Shown here piece by piece: positions 1 through 12,990 of a stretch of DNA of 31,596 bases. The stretch comes from Paecilomyces variotii (lineage: Eukaryota): NCBI GenBank assembly GCA_004022145.1, contig RCNU01000039.1; one strand, written 5' to 3'. The position numbers were made by a program, and so were the translations under genes. Positions within the stretch are counted from its first letter, which is position 1. Each line of letters opens with the position of its first letter. Under the pieces are notes generated by a model that worked only from the letters and a program-made list of their open reading frames with translations, did no database searches and was not told the origin of the DNA.

Positions 1-3000
1 AAAATAATTAGCTAAGTAATAAAAGCTTCTAGAAATAAAATATATAATAAAAATAAAGGAAGATATAGAAGATAATATTAAAGAAGGTTTTATATCTATA
101 TCTTATTTAAGCTTATTAATAGCGGCAATAAACTTAAAGGATAAAAAAGACTTAGTTACTATTAAAATATTATAATAATATATAAATTTAGCCTAAGTAT
201 TTAATAAGAAGAAGGCTAAGTACTTATCTCTATAAAGACTAAGTATTAATTATAAGATTAATCTTATTAAAGGAGCAGTATTATTATATAGATTATACTA
301 TTATTTATTAAAGTAAAAGTTAGAATTATTTAATAAGTTTTTAAATAAAAGGTTAAAATATAGATATATTTAATCTTCTAATATACTATATATCTTACTA
401 TTATTATTTATGCCTAAAAGGCTTAAAGTTCTATAACTTTATATAGATTTTAAAGCTATAAATAAGAGAATACTTAAGAATAAATACTTAGTTCTAATAA
501 TAAATAATCTATTCTTAAGACTATAAAATATAGTTATCTTTACTTATTTAAACCTTTACTTAGTATACTATTTAATCTATATAGTAAAGAGATATAAATA
601 AAAAATAGCTTTTTATATAAGATATAGCTTATTTAAGTAGTAGGTAATATTATTTAATCTCTATAATACTCTAATAATATTTTAAGTATTTATAGACTTA
701 ATACTTAAATACTATATTAATAAATACTATATAATATATTTAAATAATATACTTATCTTTAGCAGTAATAAGAAGCTTTATATCTAGTATATAAAAGTAG
801 TTCTTTAAAGCTTATTAAATAATAACCTATTTTATAAACTAGAGAAATATTTATTCTCTATTAATAAAATTATATTCTTAGGGTTTATAATTATACTTTA
901 AGAAGTAGTAATAAATAAATAGTAAATAGAAACTATTATTACTTAGCTTATACTAATATTAATAATAAGCTTAATTTAATTCTTTAATTTCTATAATTTT
1001 TATTATTAGTTTATTAAATATTATAGTTATATTATCTTTTTATTAACTTAACTTATAAAATATAATATACTATTTATATAGGGAGAAGAAGCCTAAATAA
1101 GCTTTTAAATACTTAAAAAATACTTTATAGAGATATTACTATTAAGGCATTTTAACTTAAATAAATAGTATATATTAGAGATAAATATAAGTAGGTTTAT
1201 TAAGTTAGCAATATTAAACTAAGTCTTTAAAGATAAAATATAATATCTTATTATATTCTATAGTGTAAAATTTATAAATATAAAATTATACTAGCTAATA
1301 TATAAGCAGAAATTATTTACTATTATTAATACCTTTAAAATCTAGAGATATTTTTTAATTAAAATAGCTAAACTAGTTAAAGTAATTATAGACTATAATA
1401 ACTTAAAACATTTTTTAATAATATAAATCTTATTCTAAAAATAAGCTAAATATATAAAATATCTCTTATAGTTTTATTTCTATATTAAGTATAGATTTAA
1501 AAAGTATAATTTTACTAATAGCCTATTATATTATAATAACTATAAATTATAATAAAGGCTAAAAAATATATTAGTATAACTCCTCTAAGTAAGCATAATA
1601 TAATATATAGAGAAATACTAGTACTTTAAGATATTATTATAAGATCTATTAGCAGACTAAGATTAAAAATAGAATATCTTTTTATAAGATAAGATTAAGT
1701 ATAGTTATATTAAAAAGACTAAGATAATAATATAAACTTAGCTAAAAGTCTATTAAAATAAGAATAATAATATTTTCTACTATAATTATACTAAGATATA
1801 TATTCTTATAGAAGAACTATAGCTAATTATTCTTTATAAATTCTATAACTTAAGAGCGGGTAATTATTAAGGTAAAGACTCTATAATTAAGAGAATTAAA
1901 AGATAGATATTTTAGCCTAGACTAGTATTAACAATAGCAGACTATATCTAGAGCTATTTAAAGAGTAAAGACAGTATAAATATATTACAGTATTTTAATA
2001 GTATTACTAGTACTTAATAAACTATAGGACTATATTATAGTAGATTTTATTTTAAAACTTCTTAAAAGTATAAATAGTTTAAAATTAAGTTATTTAATAA
2101 TCTTAGTATTTATTAACTAGTTTAGTAGAATAAGCTATTTTATAGTATATATTACAGAAACTAATATAAGAATCTTTGCTTAACTTTATATTAAGAATAT
2201 ATTTTATCTATATAGTATATAGAAATCTATTATCTTAGATAAAAAGTTTCTATTTATATTAAGCTTCTAGATAATATTAGCTAAGGCCCTTAATATAAAT
2301 TACTAATTATTAATAATATTTTATCTTTAAACTAATAGTATAATAAAATAGTTAAATTAAATATTAAAATAATATCCGAGAATATTTATAAATTAATAAT
2401 AGAATAATTAAGCTTATTTATTAGTAATTATAAAGTATATATATAATAACTTTTATCGGGCAGTAATAGAGATATCTTTATTTTTTATTTACTATAATAA
2501 ATACTTAAAACTATTAGACTTAATTAAGATTTTTATTTATAGAGAGCTAGTTAAATACTTTTTATTACTTTAAGATTAAATACTTAAAAAGTCTTTAAAT
2601 AAACTAATAGAGTTTATAATTAGTAATAAAGTCCTTTTTAATACTAGATATCTATATATAAATAGACTAAATAAGAAATTAGATAGTAAGTATTAGAGTC
2701 TATTTAAAGTCTTAATTAAAGTTAGCCCTTAAGCTTACTGCCTAAAACTGCCTTTTTTATATTAAATATATTTAGTTTTTTATATATCTCTACTATCTCT
2801 ATAGAAATAGAATAAATTATATATAGAATTAGAGCTAGAACTACTAGTTTAAGTCTTAGATAATATTAAGTAATATAAGGAGTAAAAAGTTAATAAAATA
2901 CTTAATATTAAAAGCCGCGATAAAATATTAAAATATTTTATAAAGTAGTATAGTTATAGATACTATAAGAATATATAAGAGCTAGCTAAATATATTAAGA

Positions 3001-3040
3001 ATATACTTAAAGTAATAAGATAATATTAGGTATTAATAGA
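1..3040 (+). pseudogene. pol: RIPped gypsy pol: reverse transcriptase, RNase H, integrase, chromodomain
   Basis: De-RIPped motifs: CVDF.A.N ~440-465; KTAFRTRYGLFE..VMPFGL ~600-665; YLDDILIFS (tat tta aat aat ata ctt atc ttt agc) from 737; ETDAS 1178-1192; HPQTDG 2322-2339; HPVFHVSLL from 2769; chromodomain EV.KIL...Y.VKW.GY....NTWEP ~2880-2985. Confidence 0.92.
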
Positions 3041-3639
3041 AAAGCTAGTCTATATCTTAAAAATAATATAATATTTTTATTTTAAATATTTCTTTATATT
3101 AAGTTTAATGCCTAATAATTAAATAGAAGGCTAAGTAATAAAACTTACTATTTAAGGCTAGAGCTAAGTAGAGAAATCTGCTATTTAGAGCTTTTATATA
3201 TATAGACTATACTTTAATAAGCTAAGTAATTAATCTACTGTTTAAAGTAATATATTATTAAATTAAGACTATATATATATAGTAATATAATTAAGTTATA
3301 GATAAACTAAATAAGCTATTTTATTTTACTCTTTTAAGTTATAAATAAATTAAGTTAACTATTTAAATCTTAAGAATAAGTAATAAATTAAATTAGCTAT
3401 TTAAATCCTAAGAATAAGTAAGATATAAGTATAATCTAAGAGCTAAGCTATAAGATAGCTATTTAAAGCTAAAGTATATATACTTATTTAATAAAAGCCT
3501 TACTAAGAGACTAAATATAAGGTTTAACTAAATAAATAAATATCTTTAATATTTATATCTCTTTAATATTAATATCTCTTTAACTCCTATATCTTATTAA
3601 CTAGACTTTATTAAATTAAATCCTTACTAAAGATAATAT

Positions 3640-5190
3640 CTAATATTATAAATATAAATATAGAAAGTATATAAAAATTAGAAGATAATAACTTACTAAT
3701 TAATAAAAGGCTATCTTTTAATTTAATAAAAGAATTTTTAGATAAAATAAAGAAGAAAGTAAAGTAAGTAATTAGAGAATTAGATAATACTATAATTCTT
3801 AATAACTTATTAAAAATATTTACTTTACTTATTATATATTATATTTATATAAATAGCTAATAAGGGCTATAATAAATTAACCATATAATAATTTTAAAAG
3901 GTATAGAGATAATTAAGAATAATAAGTAAATTCTATAAATATATTTAACTAAACTAATACCTTTAAAAAAACTAAAGTCCTAATATAGGGTTTGCATTAG
4001 CTATATCCTTAAGAATTATCTAGTAAGCTTAAAGAAATTAAAGAATTAGTATAAGAGAAAGGATACTACTATTTAAAGAGAGATTATTATTTTATTAAAA
4101 CCTAGAATATTAGCCTATTAAAAGGTAAGTAATAATATATATCTCTATATAATAAAAGGAGCCCTAAAGCTATATATATACTAGTTTATAAATAAATAAG
4201 GGCAAATAGTACTATTAGCTAATATAGTAAAGAAACTAAATATAATAAATATAATAATAGAACTAGTATTAGTAAATAATAATAAAGAGCTTTAATAAGT
4301 AACTATATATAATCTAGAAATATAGACTTATACTATTAGAATAAAACTATATATAGCTATAGGGGGTATAAATAGAGAGAAAGATAAACTAAACTTTATT
4401 ATATTAAATATTAAAGCACTAAATATATTAGCTTTTATTAAGGTAATATCTAGAAGACTAAATAATCTCTCTAATTACTAGCAGTTATCTCTAGCCTATA
4501 ATATTATAAATCGTACTAGTAACTTAATTATACTTAATAAAGAAATTATATTAGAAAATATTAATAATAGAGACTAAAGAATTATAATAGAATAGCCTAA
4601 TAATAAAGATTAAAAAATTATAAAATAAGGTAATAATAAAGATTAAGGAATTATAATAAAATTAAGTAATAATAGAAATAAATAAAATTAGTAAGTTCTT
4701 AATATATTTAGCTAAGATAATAGTTCTCTAAATATATTAAATAATAGTTTACTAGTAATAGTAGAAGATAATAATAGATTTAATAATATAGAAGATAATA
4801 ATAGAGTAAATAATATAAAGATAAAATTAAAATAACTTATTTATTAAACTCTCTTAATTATTAATTTAATATTAGAATAAAAGACTAAATTAATAAATAT
4901 AAATATTAATTCTAAATAGATAATAAAAACTAAAGTAAATAGTATAATATTAGTAATTAACTTTATAGATAATAAACCTATTAAAAGAGAGGCTATATAT
5001 AATATAACTATTATATAGAATAAGAACTATAGAAAAGTTATTAAATTAAAAAGATTAAATATTTTTAAAGTAATCTCCCTACTTAAGAACTTAGCTAGAA
5101 AGGTAGACTAAAGCAGCTAAATATTTAGTAAAGAAAAAGTAGCTAGATATTTTATAGAGTATTACTCTTATAGTTTTTTTTTAAATAATA
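3640..5190 (+). pseudogene. Putative RIPped extra ORF (acidic, repeat-containing) between pol and PPT
   Basis: Imperfect repeats at 4563, 4599, 4632 (spacing 36 and 33) and 4764, 4791 (spacing 27) all lie in one frame, as expected for coding repeats; stops are TAA/TAG (RIP-compatible). Family not recognised; boundaries rough. Confidence 0.4.
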
Positions 5191-5495
5191 TATTTAAGAT
5201 AGTTCTGCTTATTCTTTTAATATCCCCTTATTATATTCTTATAATAATATTCTCTTATTATATTCTTATAATAGTATTTAATAATATTTCTCTTTTTTAT
5301 AACTATATTTAGTAATATTTCTCTTATATACTACCTTAATTTAGAATTTTAATTATAGCTACTATAATATGCTATAGGGACTTATAGCATAATATAGTAC
5401 TTAAAGGTATATAATAGTATTTAGTAGTATACTATAGTTTTTACTTTAACTTTTAAGACTTATATAGACTTAAGTCCCTTAAAAGGGGGGGCAAA

Positions 5496-5700
5496 TATTA
5501 TAGATAATAACCCCCAGATCTTACGGGGTTATATAACCTGCTAGTTATATAACTTACTTAGTATACTTAGGCTTTTTAAATTCTAAGATCTTTTCTAATC
5601 TTTAATAAGAATATCTTCGATCTTAATATTAATATATTAAAGTTTTAAAATTTAAAAACTACTCTTTATTAAGATAATATAAATTACTATTATAATTTAT
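5496..5700 (+). repeat. Putative 3' LTR of gypsy relic A
   Basis: Starts just after the PPT with RIPped TG; contains inverted repeat ATAACCCC...GGGGTTAT and two GTTATATAAC palindromes. No partner LTR in window, end uncertain. Confidence 0.55.
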
Positions 5701-6070
5701 AATTATACTATATTTAATATACTTAAATAATAATAAAACTTAAATTAATAAAATAAGATATATATTTTTAATAGTATAAATTTTATATATATTTATTCTG
5801 AGAATATATATATAGTTAGTAAAATATTTTAGTTTAAATATTTACTTATTATAAGAATTTTATCCTATAATAAGTTTAATAAGTTTATTCTTTAATAAAA
5901 TATAAGTAGTAAAGTTAGCTAAGACTAAGATATTAAATTAGTTAATACTAATAGAGTTAATATCTTAGAGGTTTAAAAGATCTTATATATTTAAATTAAG
6001 ATAACTTATATAAAGTATTTAGCTCGTATTTTTAATTAAATTTACAGAGTTAAATTAAACTTATAACTTC

Positions 6071-6206
6071 TTTAAGCTAATAAAAAAGCTTAATTAAAGA
6101 ATTATTTAAGGTCTTAATTAAGCTAAACTATTTAGCTATTACTTTATTAACTAAGCTAATTACTAATATAAGCGACTATTACTAAAGCCTCTAGAGGTAG
6201 TAAAAA
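6071..6206. repeat. ~135-bp LTR-derived segment, diverged direct repeat of 6623-6759
   Basis: Shared CTTAATTAAGCTAAAyTATyTAGCTATTACTTTATTAACTAAGCTAA...TATTACTAAAGCCT in both copies. Confidence 0.8.
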
Positions 6207-6210
6207 AATA

Positions 6211-7559
6211 TATTAAGGAAAATTAATTTCTTAGCTATATTAGCTAAGAGATAATAATATAATATATTTACTATAGAAATAAGTAATAAGTAAAAGTCTA
6301 TATAATAGCAGTTAGCTTATTAAGCTAATAAAGAAAATAATAAAATAAAAGAGTAATAATAGAGTAAAAGAGTAAGCCTATTAATATAATAAAATAGAAG
6401 ATAATTAATAAGCTATAAAGAAATTAACTAAGTGCCTTAATAAATTAAACTTAAATACTATTTCTATATTTAAATAATATTATTAGTATTTATAAGATAA
6501 TAGAGTTAATAAATACTCTTATAAAAGAAAGAAGTAATAAAGTAAATAAAGTAAATAATAATTTAATAATAATTAATAGAAAAGTAATAATATAGCTTAC
6601 TTAAAATAAGTAATAATATACCTTAAAGCTAATAAAGATACTTAATTAAGAAATTATCTAGAGGCTTAATTAAGCTAAATTATCTAGCTATTACTTTATT
6701 AACTAAGCTAACTATTAATATAAATAATTATTACTAAAGCCTTTAAGAGTATTAAAATACTCTCTTTAATTATATTAATAAATAGGCTAATTACCTAGTT
6801 AAGTAATTTATTTAATCCCTTTAAATATATAGTTTCTTTAATCTTATAAGCTTATATAACTCTTTAAATTTAACTTAATTTAATAGCTTTATTAAGCTAT
6901 TTATTAAATTTATTTTATTATTAATTTTTTATAGTTTAATTATATTATTAACTACTATAGTTTAAATAAAGAAATAATAATTATCTAGCTATTTAATAAT
7001 TAGCTTATAATCTCTATTTTTAATTAAAACTATAGCATTTACTATATTAGTTTAGACTAATATAAAGATCTTTAAATCCTATTTAAGACTTAAAGTATAA
7101 GCTAATTTTCTTATAAATATAGCTTCTTTTACTATAAAATCTAATATATAAAATTTAGTAATTATTATTAATAGAGCTATTATTTACTATTTTTTATTAA
7201 ACTAGTTAATAAATACGCCTTTATATAGAATTATAAATGCTTTAATTAAAGTCTTATTAAAGTTACTTTAATAATTAGTATTTATATAAACTTTAATACT
7301 TCTATTAAAATTTATTTTTAGTTTAATATTATAATTAAGAGCTTAGTAAATATATTATAATAAGTATTTTATTACTTTAATATCTTTATTATTTAAGTTA
7401 TTTACTTTTTATTATAAGTAATTTATAGCTTAAGCTAAATTTAGCTATATTTTAATTATTAATTAGCTTAACTTTCTAATATAATTTTAATATTTAATTT
7501 TAATATTTTTATCTGCTAATTCTTCTAAATACTTTAGTTTATATATAAATATTATAAAG
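6211..7559 (-). mobile_element. Ty1/copia relic, family B: RT end/RNase H, PPT and 3' LTR
   Basis: Minus-strand de-RIP: KKQQIVALST..AEF..L..AVKEAIF.RKL (~7100-7200), KWLDNRYFFVR (~6960-7000), NLADGLTKPL (~6880-6915); purine tract AAAGAGAG then TATT (TGTT) at 6759. Left LTR boundary (6211) is tentative. Truncated at 7559 by a family A LTR. Confidence 0.75.
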
Positions 7560-7851
7560 AGTTAAAGAGAATAGATAAAATAACTTATATTAGCTTTAAA
7601 AAAATATAACTTAAGATAAAGATAAAGTATAAGAAATAAAATTAATATTAATATATTCTTATAATATAGTTAGTTAATTATATTAAGTTAATTAAATTTT
7701 CCTTTTAAGCTAATATACTTAATATAAAAACTCTTTTATTAAGCTAATTATTTTCTATAACTATATATATAATTATTTTAAACTCTTTTATAAAGGAATT
7801 TTTTATATATTCTCTTTATAAATTACTAGTTCTAATTATTATATTATAATA
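7560..7851 (-). repeat. 3' LTR of copia family A copy 1
   Basis: Begins AGTTAAAGAGAATA and ends TTATAATA followed by a T-tract and AATTTAAACTT, paralleling 25517 (AGTTAAAAAGAATA) and 25791 (TTATAATA CTTTTTCTTAGTTTAAACTT). Confidence 0.75.
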
Positions 7852-9384
7852 TTTTTTTTAATTTAAACTTATTATCTTAATAAGTTTTAATTACTTAATA
7901 AATTTAATAAAGCCTATTTTTAAAAATAATTTAATAAATCTATTAGCTATTATATTCTTAGTCTTAATATATTTTATATTAATTTAATTCTTTTAATATA
8001 AATCTTATATATAATAATATATAATATTAATATATTTTAATTTATTATAAGTATAAGTATTTTCAATTAAAAATAATAATATTTAATTATTTCTAAAAAG
8101 TTTTACTAAAGAGCTTATTATAAAAAATAATTCTTTTTTATAATTAGCTTATATTAGTTTAAATTAATATATTTATTATAATCTATATTATATAGAAGTA
8201 ATATTAGCTATTATAATTACTTTATTACTTAATATATAGCTATATATTTAGCCTTTATTATTAAGGTTATAATAAACTTCTATTTTTAAATTAATTAATT
8301 AATTAAATAGCTTATTATAATAAAAATATTTCCTAGAATTAATATTTAGTCTATTTTATTTATTATATAATTTAAATTAAAATATTTAATAAATTTCTAG
8401 TCTTAGTTCTTATAAAATTAAAGGCTTAAGTATATAATTAATTATAAGTATCTTATTAAGGATTTTAATAGCTTAAAATAGCCTTTAAATAGGTTAAATA
8501 AATACTAACTTAATTATATTACTATAAATATAATATTTAATCTTATTAAAATAACTAGATAAATAAATATTTTAATAATCTTTTAATATTCTCTTTAATT
8601 AGCTCTTTTATCTTATAGATTAGCTAATTTTAAATAATTATATTTATTTAATAAGATATTAATAGAATAAATTTTCTCTTTATCTATTCTATATTTTAAT
8701 AAAATCTCTTAAGTATAATAAAATTAATTTATAAATAATATTTTTTTTACTCTATTATAAATAATCTAAATATTAAGTATTTTATTTATTTTTCTTAGGT
8801 TTTTAATCTTATATACTATTTTAAACTTCTATTTAAACTAATTAATATATTTTATCTGCTTTAAGCTAATTAAAATATTATTAATATATATTAGAATTAA
8901 AATCTCTTTTTTTAAGTACTATAGTAAGTATAAGTCTATATTTATTTAAATAAATCTTATTCTTTATAGTATTTTAATATAAAAATAGTTTTAATCTTAT
9001 ATTATTTATTTTAAACTATATAAAGATTTTAAGATTTTAAATATTATTTTTAATAAAATATTTATTTTAAGTAAAGCTATTATATAAATCTTCTCCTTTA
9101 ATATTAATTTAATAAAGGTATTATTAATATTTATTATATAATACTTATAATCTTTTATAGCTATTATAATTAAAAAAACTTATAATATATTATAATATAG
9201 AGTTAGAGTAAAGATATATTTAAAGTTAATTTTATATTTTTAAGTAAATCTATAAATAATAAAATAGGCCTTAAGCTTTTATAGAGAATTATTTAGATTA
9301 TATTTTATAACTAGTATTTATCTGCTAATTATAATATTATCTCTCTTTAATAAAATAATTATTTTAAAAGTTTTATTTACTTAT
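7560..9384 (-). mobile_element. Ty1/copia relic, family A copy 1 (3' LTR, RNase H, part of RT)
   Basis: LKSLYGLK ~9009-9033, ILVYVDDIL 8872-8898, SKHIDV.YH ~8010-8045, ADG.TK ~7930-7950; collinear with 21466-22650 and with the 25517-31329 element. Homology stops at ~9384. Confidence 0.88.
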
Positions 9385-10300
9385 TATACTTACTATAAAT
9401 ATATCTCTATTTATATTTAAATTTAAGCTTAATATTAAAAGACTTATAATTACTTTAATAGAAACGCTTAAAATACTTATTATTATATCTTTTTTTATCT
9501 CTAGATTTTTAAAGTAACTTTTAAACCTAGATAAATTTAAAAATAATTAAAAAGACCTTTAGTACTTTATAGCCTAAATTTAAAAGAAGATAATAATTAA
9601 TTAAGACTAATTTTTAACTTCCTAGAGCTATATAGTCTATATAATTAATTATTTAAAGAACGCGCCTTATATTTAAATATTACCTTATATTAAGAATAGG
9701 ACTTATACTCTTAGTAATTATTAAGAAATCTTAAATATCTTAAAGCGCGTATTTAATAACTTTAATTATATAAATAATATATATAGTAAATTATTTAACC
9801 TTTATTAAATTAATAAAAAATTTAAAACTTTCTTTATTAAGTTTTAATACTTAATATTAAAAAAAGAAATATTTAAAAAAATATTATTTACCTTACTTAA
9901 ATAAGCTATTAGTTAAAAACTTTAAGAAATATTATTATATAATTAGCCCCTAAGTTATAAATATTACTAATTTATTAAATTTTTATAAGATTTTAAAAAC
10001 TATTATTATTAATATATTATAAACTAATCTCTTATTATAAAAATTTATACTATTATTTTAAAACTTATTTTATATATTTAATTTCTCTTACTTATTTTAA
10101 ACTCTATCTTTATTATAAAAATTAATAATTAGCCTTAGAGAAACTTAGTATAAAAAAATAAACTAGCTCTAGTATAATAATATAACCCTATAAATTTAAA
10201 TATATTTAAATACTTAAGTAAAAGAAAATATAGCTTATTATATTATAAAACTAATACTTACTTTTATTATAATCTAAGTAAATAATATAAAACTTTAGCG
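9385..10300 (+). pseudogene. gag: RIPped Ty3/gypsy gag fragment
   Basis: De-RIP reading resembles fungal chromovirus gag: PDKF.G.RKDL..F.AQI ~9525-9585, QTNKEF.TFFAEFQRLALE ~9808-9865, LLEQAIS.EL ~9890-9925, DPM.L ~10183-10200, degenerate zinc knuckle ~10230-10275. No 5' LTR seen. Confidence 0.65.
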
Positions 10301-10440
10301 CGAAGCGCATTAAGCTAATTAGATTCCCTTAAGTCTCTTAGGCTAATTAAATCCTCTTAAATATAGAAAATACTAGTATAAAGCGACTAGAAGTACAGAA
10401 GCCTATAGGGACTTAGGGTCTCTTATTAGCTAAGAGAAAA

Positions 10441-10700
10441 TACTAAGTTAATATAGTTATATATAATAACTATCTATAAGAATATTAAAACTTTTTAAAC
10501 CTATTAACTTTTAAGTTCTTTAATTAGCTATATTAAACTAGTATAGTTATATATAATAACTATATATATAAATATTAAAATGCTTTAAACCTATTAATCT
10601 CCGGCTTATTTTATTAGCTAAATATATATACTAAGCTAGTATAGCTATATATAATAACTATAAGTATAAATATTAAAAGTATAAATATTAAAATTTTAAA
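10441..10700. repeat. Three tandem ~90-bp units
   Basis: Units start at ~10441, 10531, 10629 and share TATAGyTATATATAATAACTAT...AATATTAAAA; the first two continue TTTAAACCTATTAA...ATTAGCTA. Confidence 0.85.
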
Positions 10701-11029
10701 GCTTAAAGTAAATAACTATAATACTAAAATTATAGGTATTATATAGGTTTTAAGGCTAATTGCTTTAAAGTATAGAATAAAGAGATTCTTTTAATTATAT
10801 AACTGCTTAATTCGCTTATAAGATTTAAGTTTAGGGCTTTTAAAAGCCCTAAACCTAAATTATATTATATTTAATATCTCTAAATTCTCTATTTAAATCT
10901 AAGTATAAAGCTCTTATATATTAATATAGATTTAAAAAGGTAATAGTAATAGCTTTAAGTCTATATTAACTAGCTAGCTATAAAGTCTATAAGGAATACG
11001 CGTAGCGTAGCCTTAGGGCTTATTTTCTT

Positions 11030-12990
11030 AAATATTATATTAAAGACTATTTATATCTTAATAATTATTAGAAGATTTAAACTATAGCTATATATAAACT
11101 TTATCTTTAAATCTCTTAGGTAATATAGTTTTTAAACTTATATAATTTATTCTTTAATTAGTCTTTAATAAAAGAAGTAAACCTAGATTAAGTTATAGCT
11201 AAGCTTAAAAATTATATATTATTTAAATCTTTACTACTATTATTTATAAAACTAACCTTAAAGAATATTTATAATAATTAAATTTAATAATACTACTTAT
11301 AATATTAAAAAAGAAAAAAGAGAAAATTTATTTATTAATCTATATTTTACTTAATATTAAAGCTAAAAAATAAAAATTTATAAATTAAAAATAAGCTAAG
11401 AATTAAAAATTAAAGCTTATTCTCTTAAAAAACTTAATTACTCTATATATATATTTAATAAAAGAGAATTAAAGAATAAAAAGATTATATACTATATTTA
11501 AATAAATATAAGAATTAAAAATTATTTTAAGAAAAATATTAAGTTTTATATTATTTAATTAATATATTATCTTATTATTTTAAAACTTCTTTAGCTAAAA
11601 TATTATAATCTATATTTATAATTTATTATCTATAATATTACTTTTAATAATAACTATTATTAAAAAAATTATAATATATTTTTAAAGCTAATTAAAATAT
11701 TTACCTTATATAAAAGCTTTATTTTAATACTTATCTCTAAGATTTAAAGAATTAAAAAAGAGAAATATAGCCTTTATTTCTCTAGCTACCTATTTTATCT
11801 ATACTTAAAAAATATTTAAATATTTATAATTATTTTAGAAGACTTAAATATTATTTTAAAAATTAAATAAGTTTAAGAAAAAGACTTTATTTACTTACTA
11901 CTTAAGAAATTTAAGAATTATATTAATATCTTTTTTTTTAAAAAAAAGCTAAGTATTTATTATTATATTATTTTTATAACTATAATATTAAGCTATTAAA
12001 GAGAAAGTTACTCTTCTTTAAACTTCTATATATTATATCTTAAGATAAATTAAAGGTTTTAAAGGAATAAATTAAAAAAAACCTAAGAAAGAGATTTATT
12101 TACTTAAGCTTATTACCTATTATATTCTTATTTTTATTTATTAAAAAGCTTAGTAAAGGAATATAAATCTATATAAATTATTAAGCCCTAAATATAATAA
12201 TTATTAAAGATTAATATTCTCTACCTTTAATTAAAAAGACTTTAAATAACTTAAAAGAAATAAAGTACTTTATAAAGATTAATATTATTTCTATATTTAA
12301 TAATCTTTATATTAAGAAGAGATAAGAATATTTAACTGTTTTTTATACTTAACTTAGCTTATTTAAATTATTAGTAATATTATTTAGCTTAATAGAAATA
12401 TTAATAATATTTTAATAGTTTATTAATAATATTTTATAAAATTATCTTAATAATATTTTAGTATATAATATAATTTATTCTAAATATATTTAATATATCC
12501 GCGCTATTTTATAGAAGCTATATAAAATAAGCTTATATATAAAGGTTTAAAAGTATAAGTTTATTATCTTTAAGACTAAGTTTTTAAATATTATTATTAG
12601 CTAAGACTATATTAAAATAAACTTAAATAAGGTAAAAATAATTATTAAATAGAAGACCTTAATCTATATAATTAATATATAAGCCTTTATTAAGTTTAAT
12701 AACTTTTACTATTAATTTATTTATAACTTTTTTAAAATAATTATATTACTTATAAACTTAATTTAAAAAGAAATTCTTTTTAATTAAATACTTATTTATT
12801 AGTCTAGTTTTAACGCCTTAAAAAATATTTATTTAAGCCTTAATCTTAAAGCTATTTAATTAAACCTATAAGGTTATAATTAAAACTAACTTATTTAACT
12901 ATATATTAGCTAAAGTTATATCTTAATATAATAATAAAGAAATCTTATATTTTATTATATTTTTCTTAAAGAAGCTCTTTATTATAAACT
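11030..12990 (+). pseudogene. pol: RIPped Ty3/gypsy gag end + protease-RT-RNase H fragment (relic B)
   Basis: H.IKDCPYPDNR ~11032-11068; LLDTGA ~11347; IILGLPWL.HHNP ~11575-11612; VKKPGGG.RICVDYRALN..TIKDRYPLPLI 12140-12235; TAFRTRLGLFESLVMPFGL ~12335-12395; YLDDILVY 12443-12466; ETDSSDY ~12882-12902; VAFFSKKL ~12954-12978. Ends before integrase. Confidence 0.9.

Larger units (their letters stand above)
1..5700 (+). mobile_element. Ty3/gypsy chromovirus relic A (5' part outside window; pol, extra 3' region, PPT, 3' LTR)
   Basis: RT-RH-IN-chromodomain order on + strand, polypurine tract AAAAGGGGGGG at 5481-5491, then TATTA (RIPped TGTTA/TGTCA) at 5496. Right end approximate; linkage of the LTR to this pol is inferred. 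Confidence 0.75.

Noticed and set aside
10441-10700. CRISPR-like array
   Set aside because: Whole units are similar including the would-be spacers, only three copies, no cas genes, eukaryotic TE context.
10831-10860. Telomeric repeat (TTAGGG / CCCTAA)
   Set aside because: Only single hexamers within a palindrome; no tandem array.
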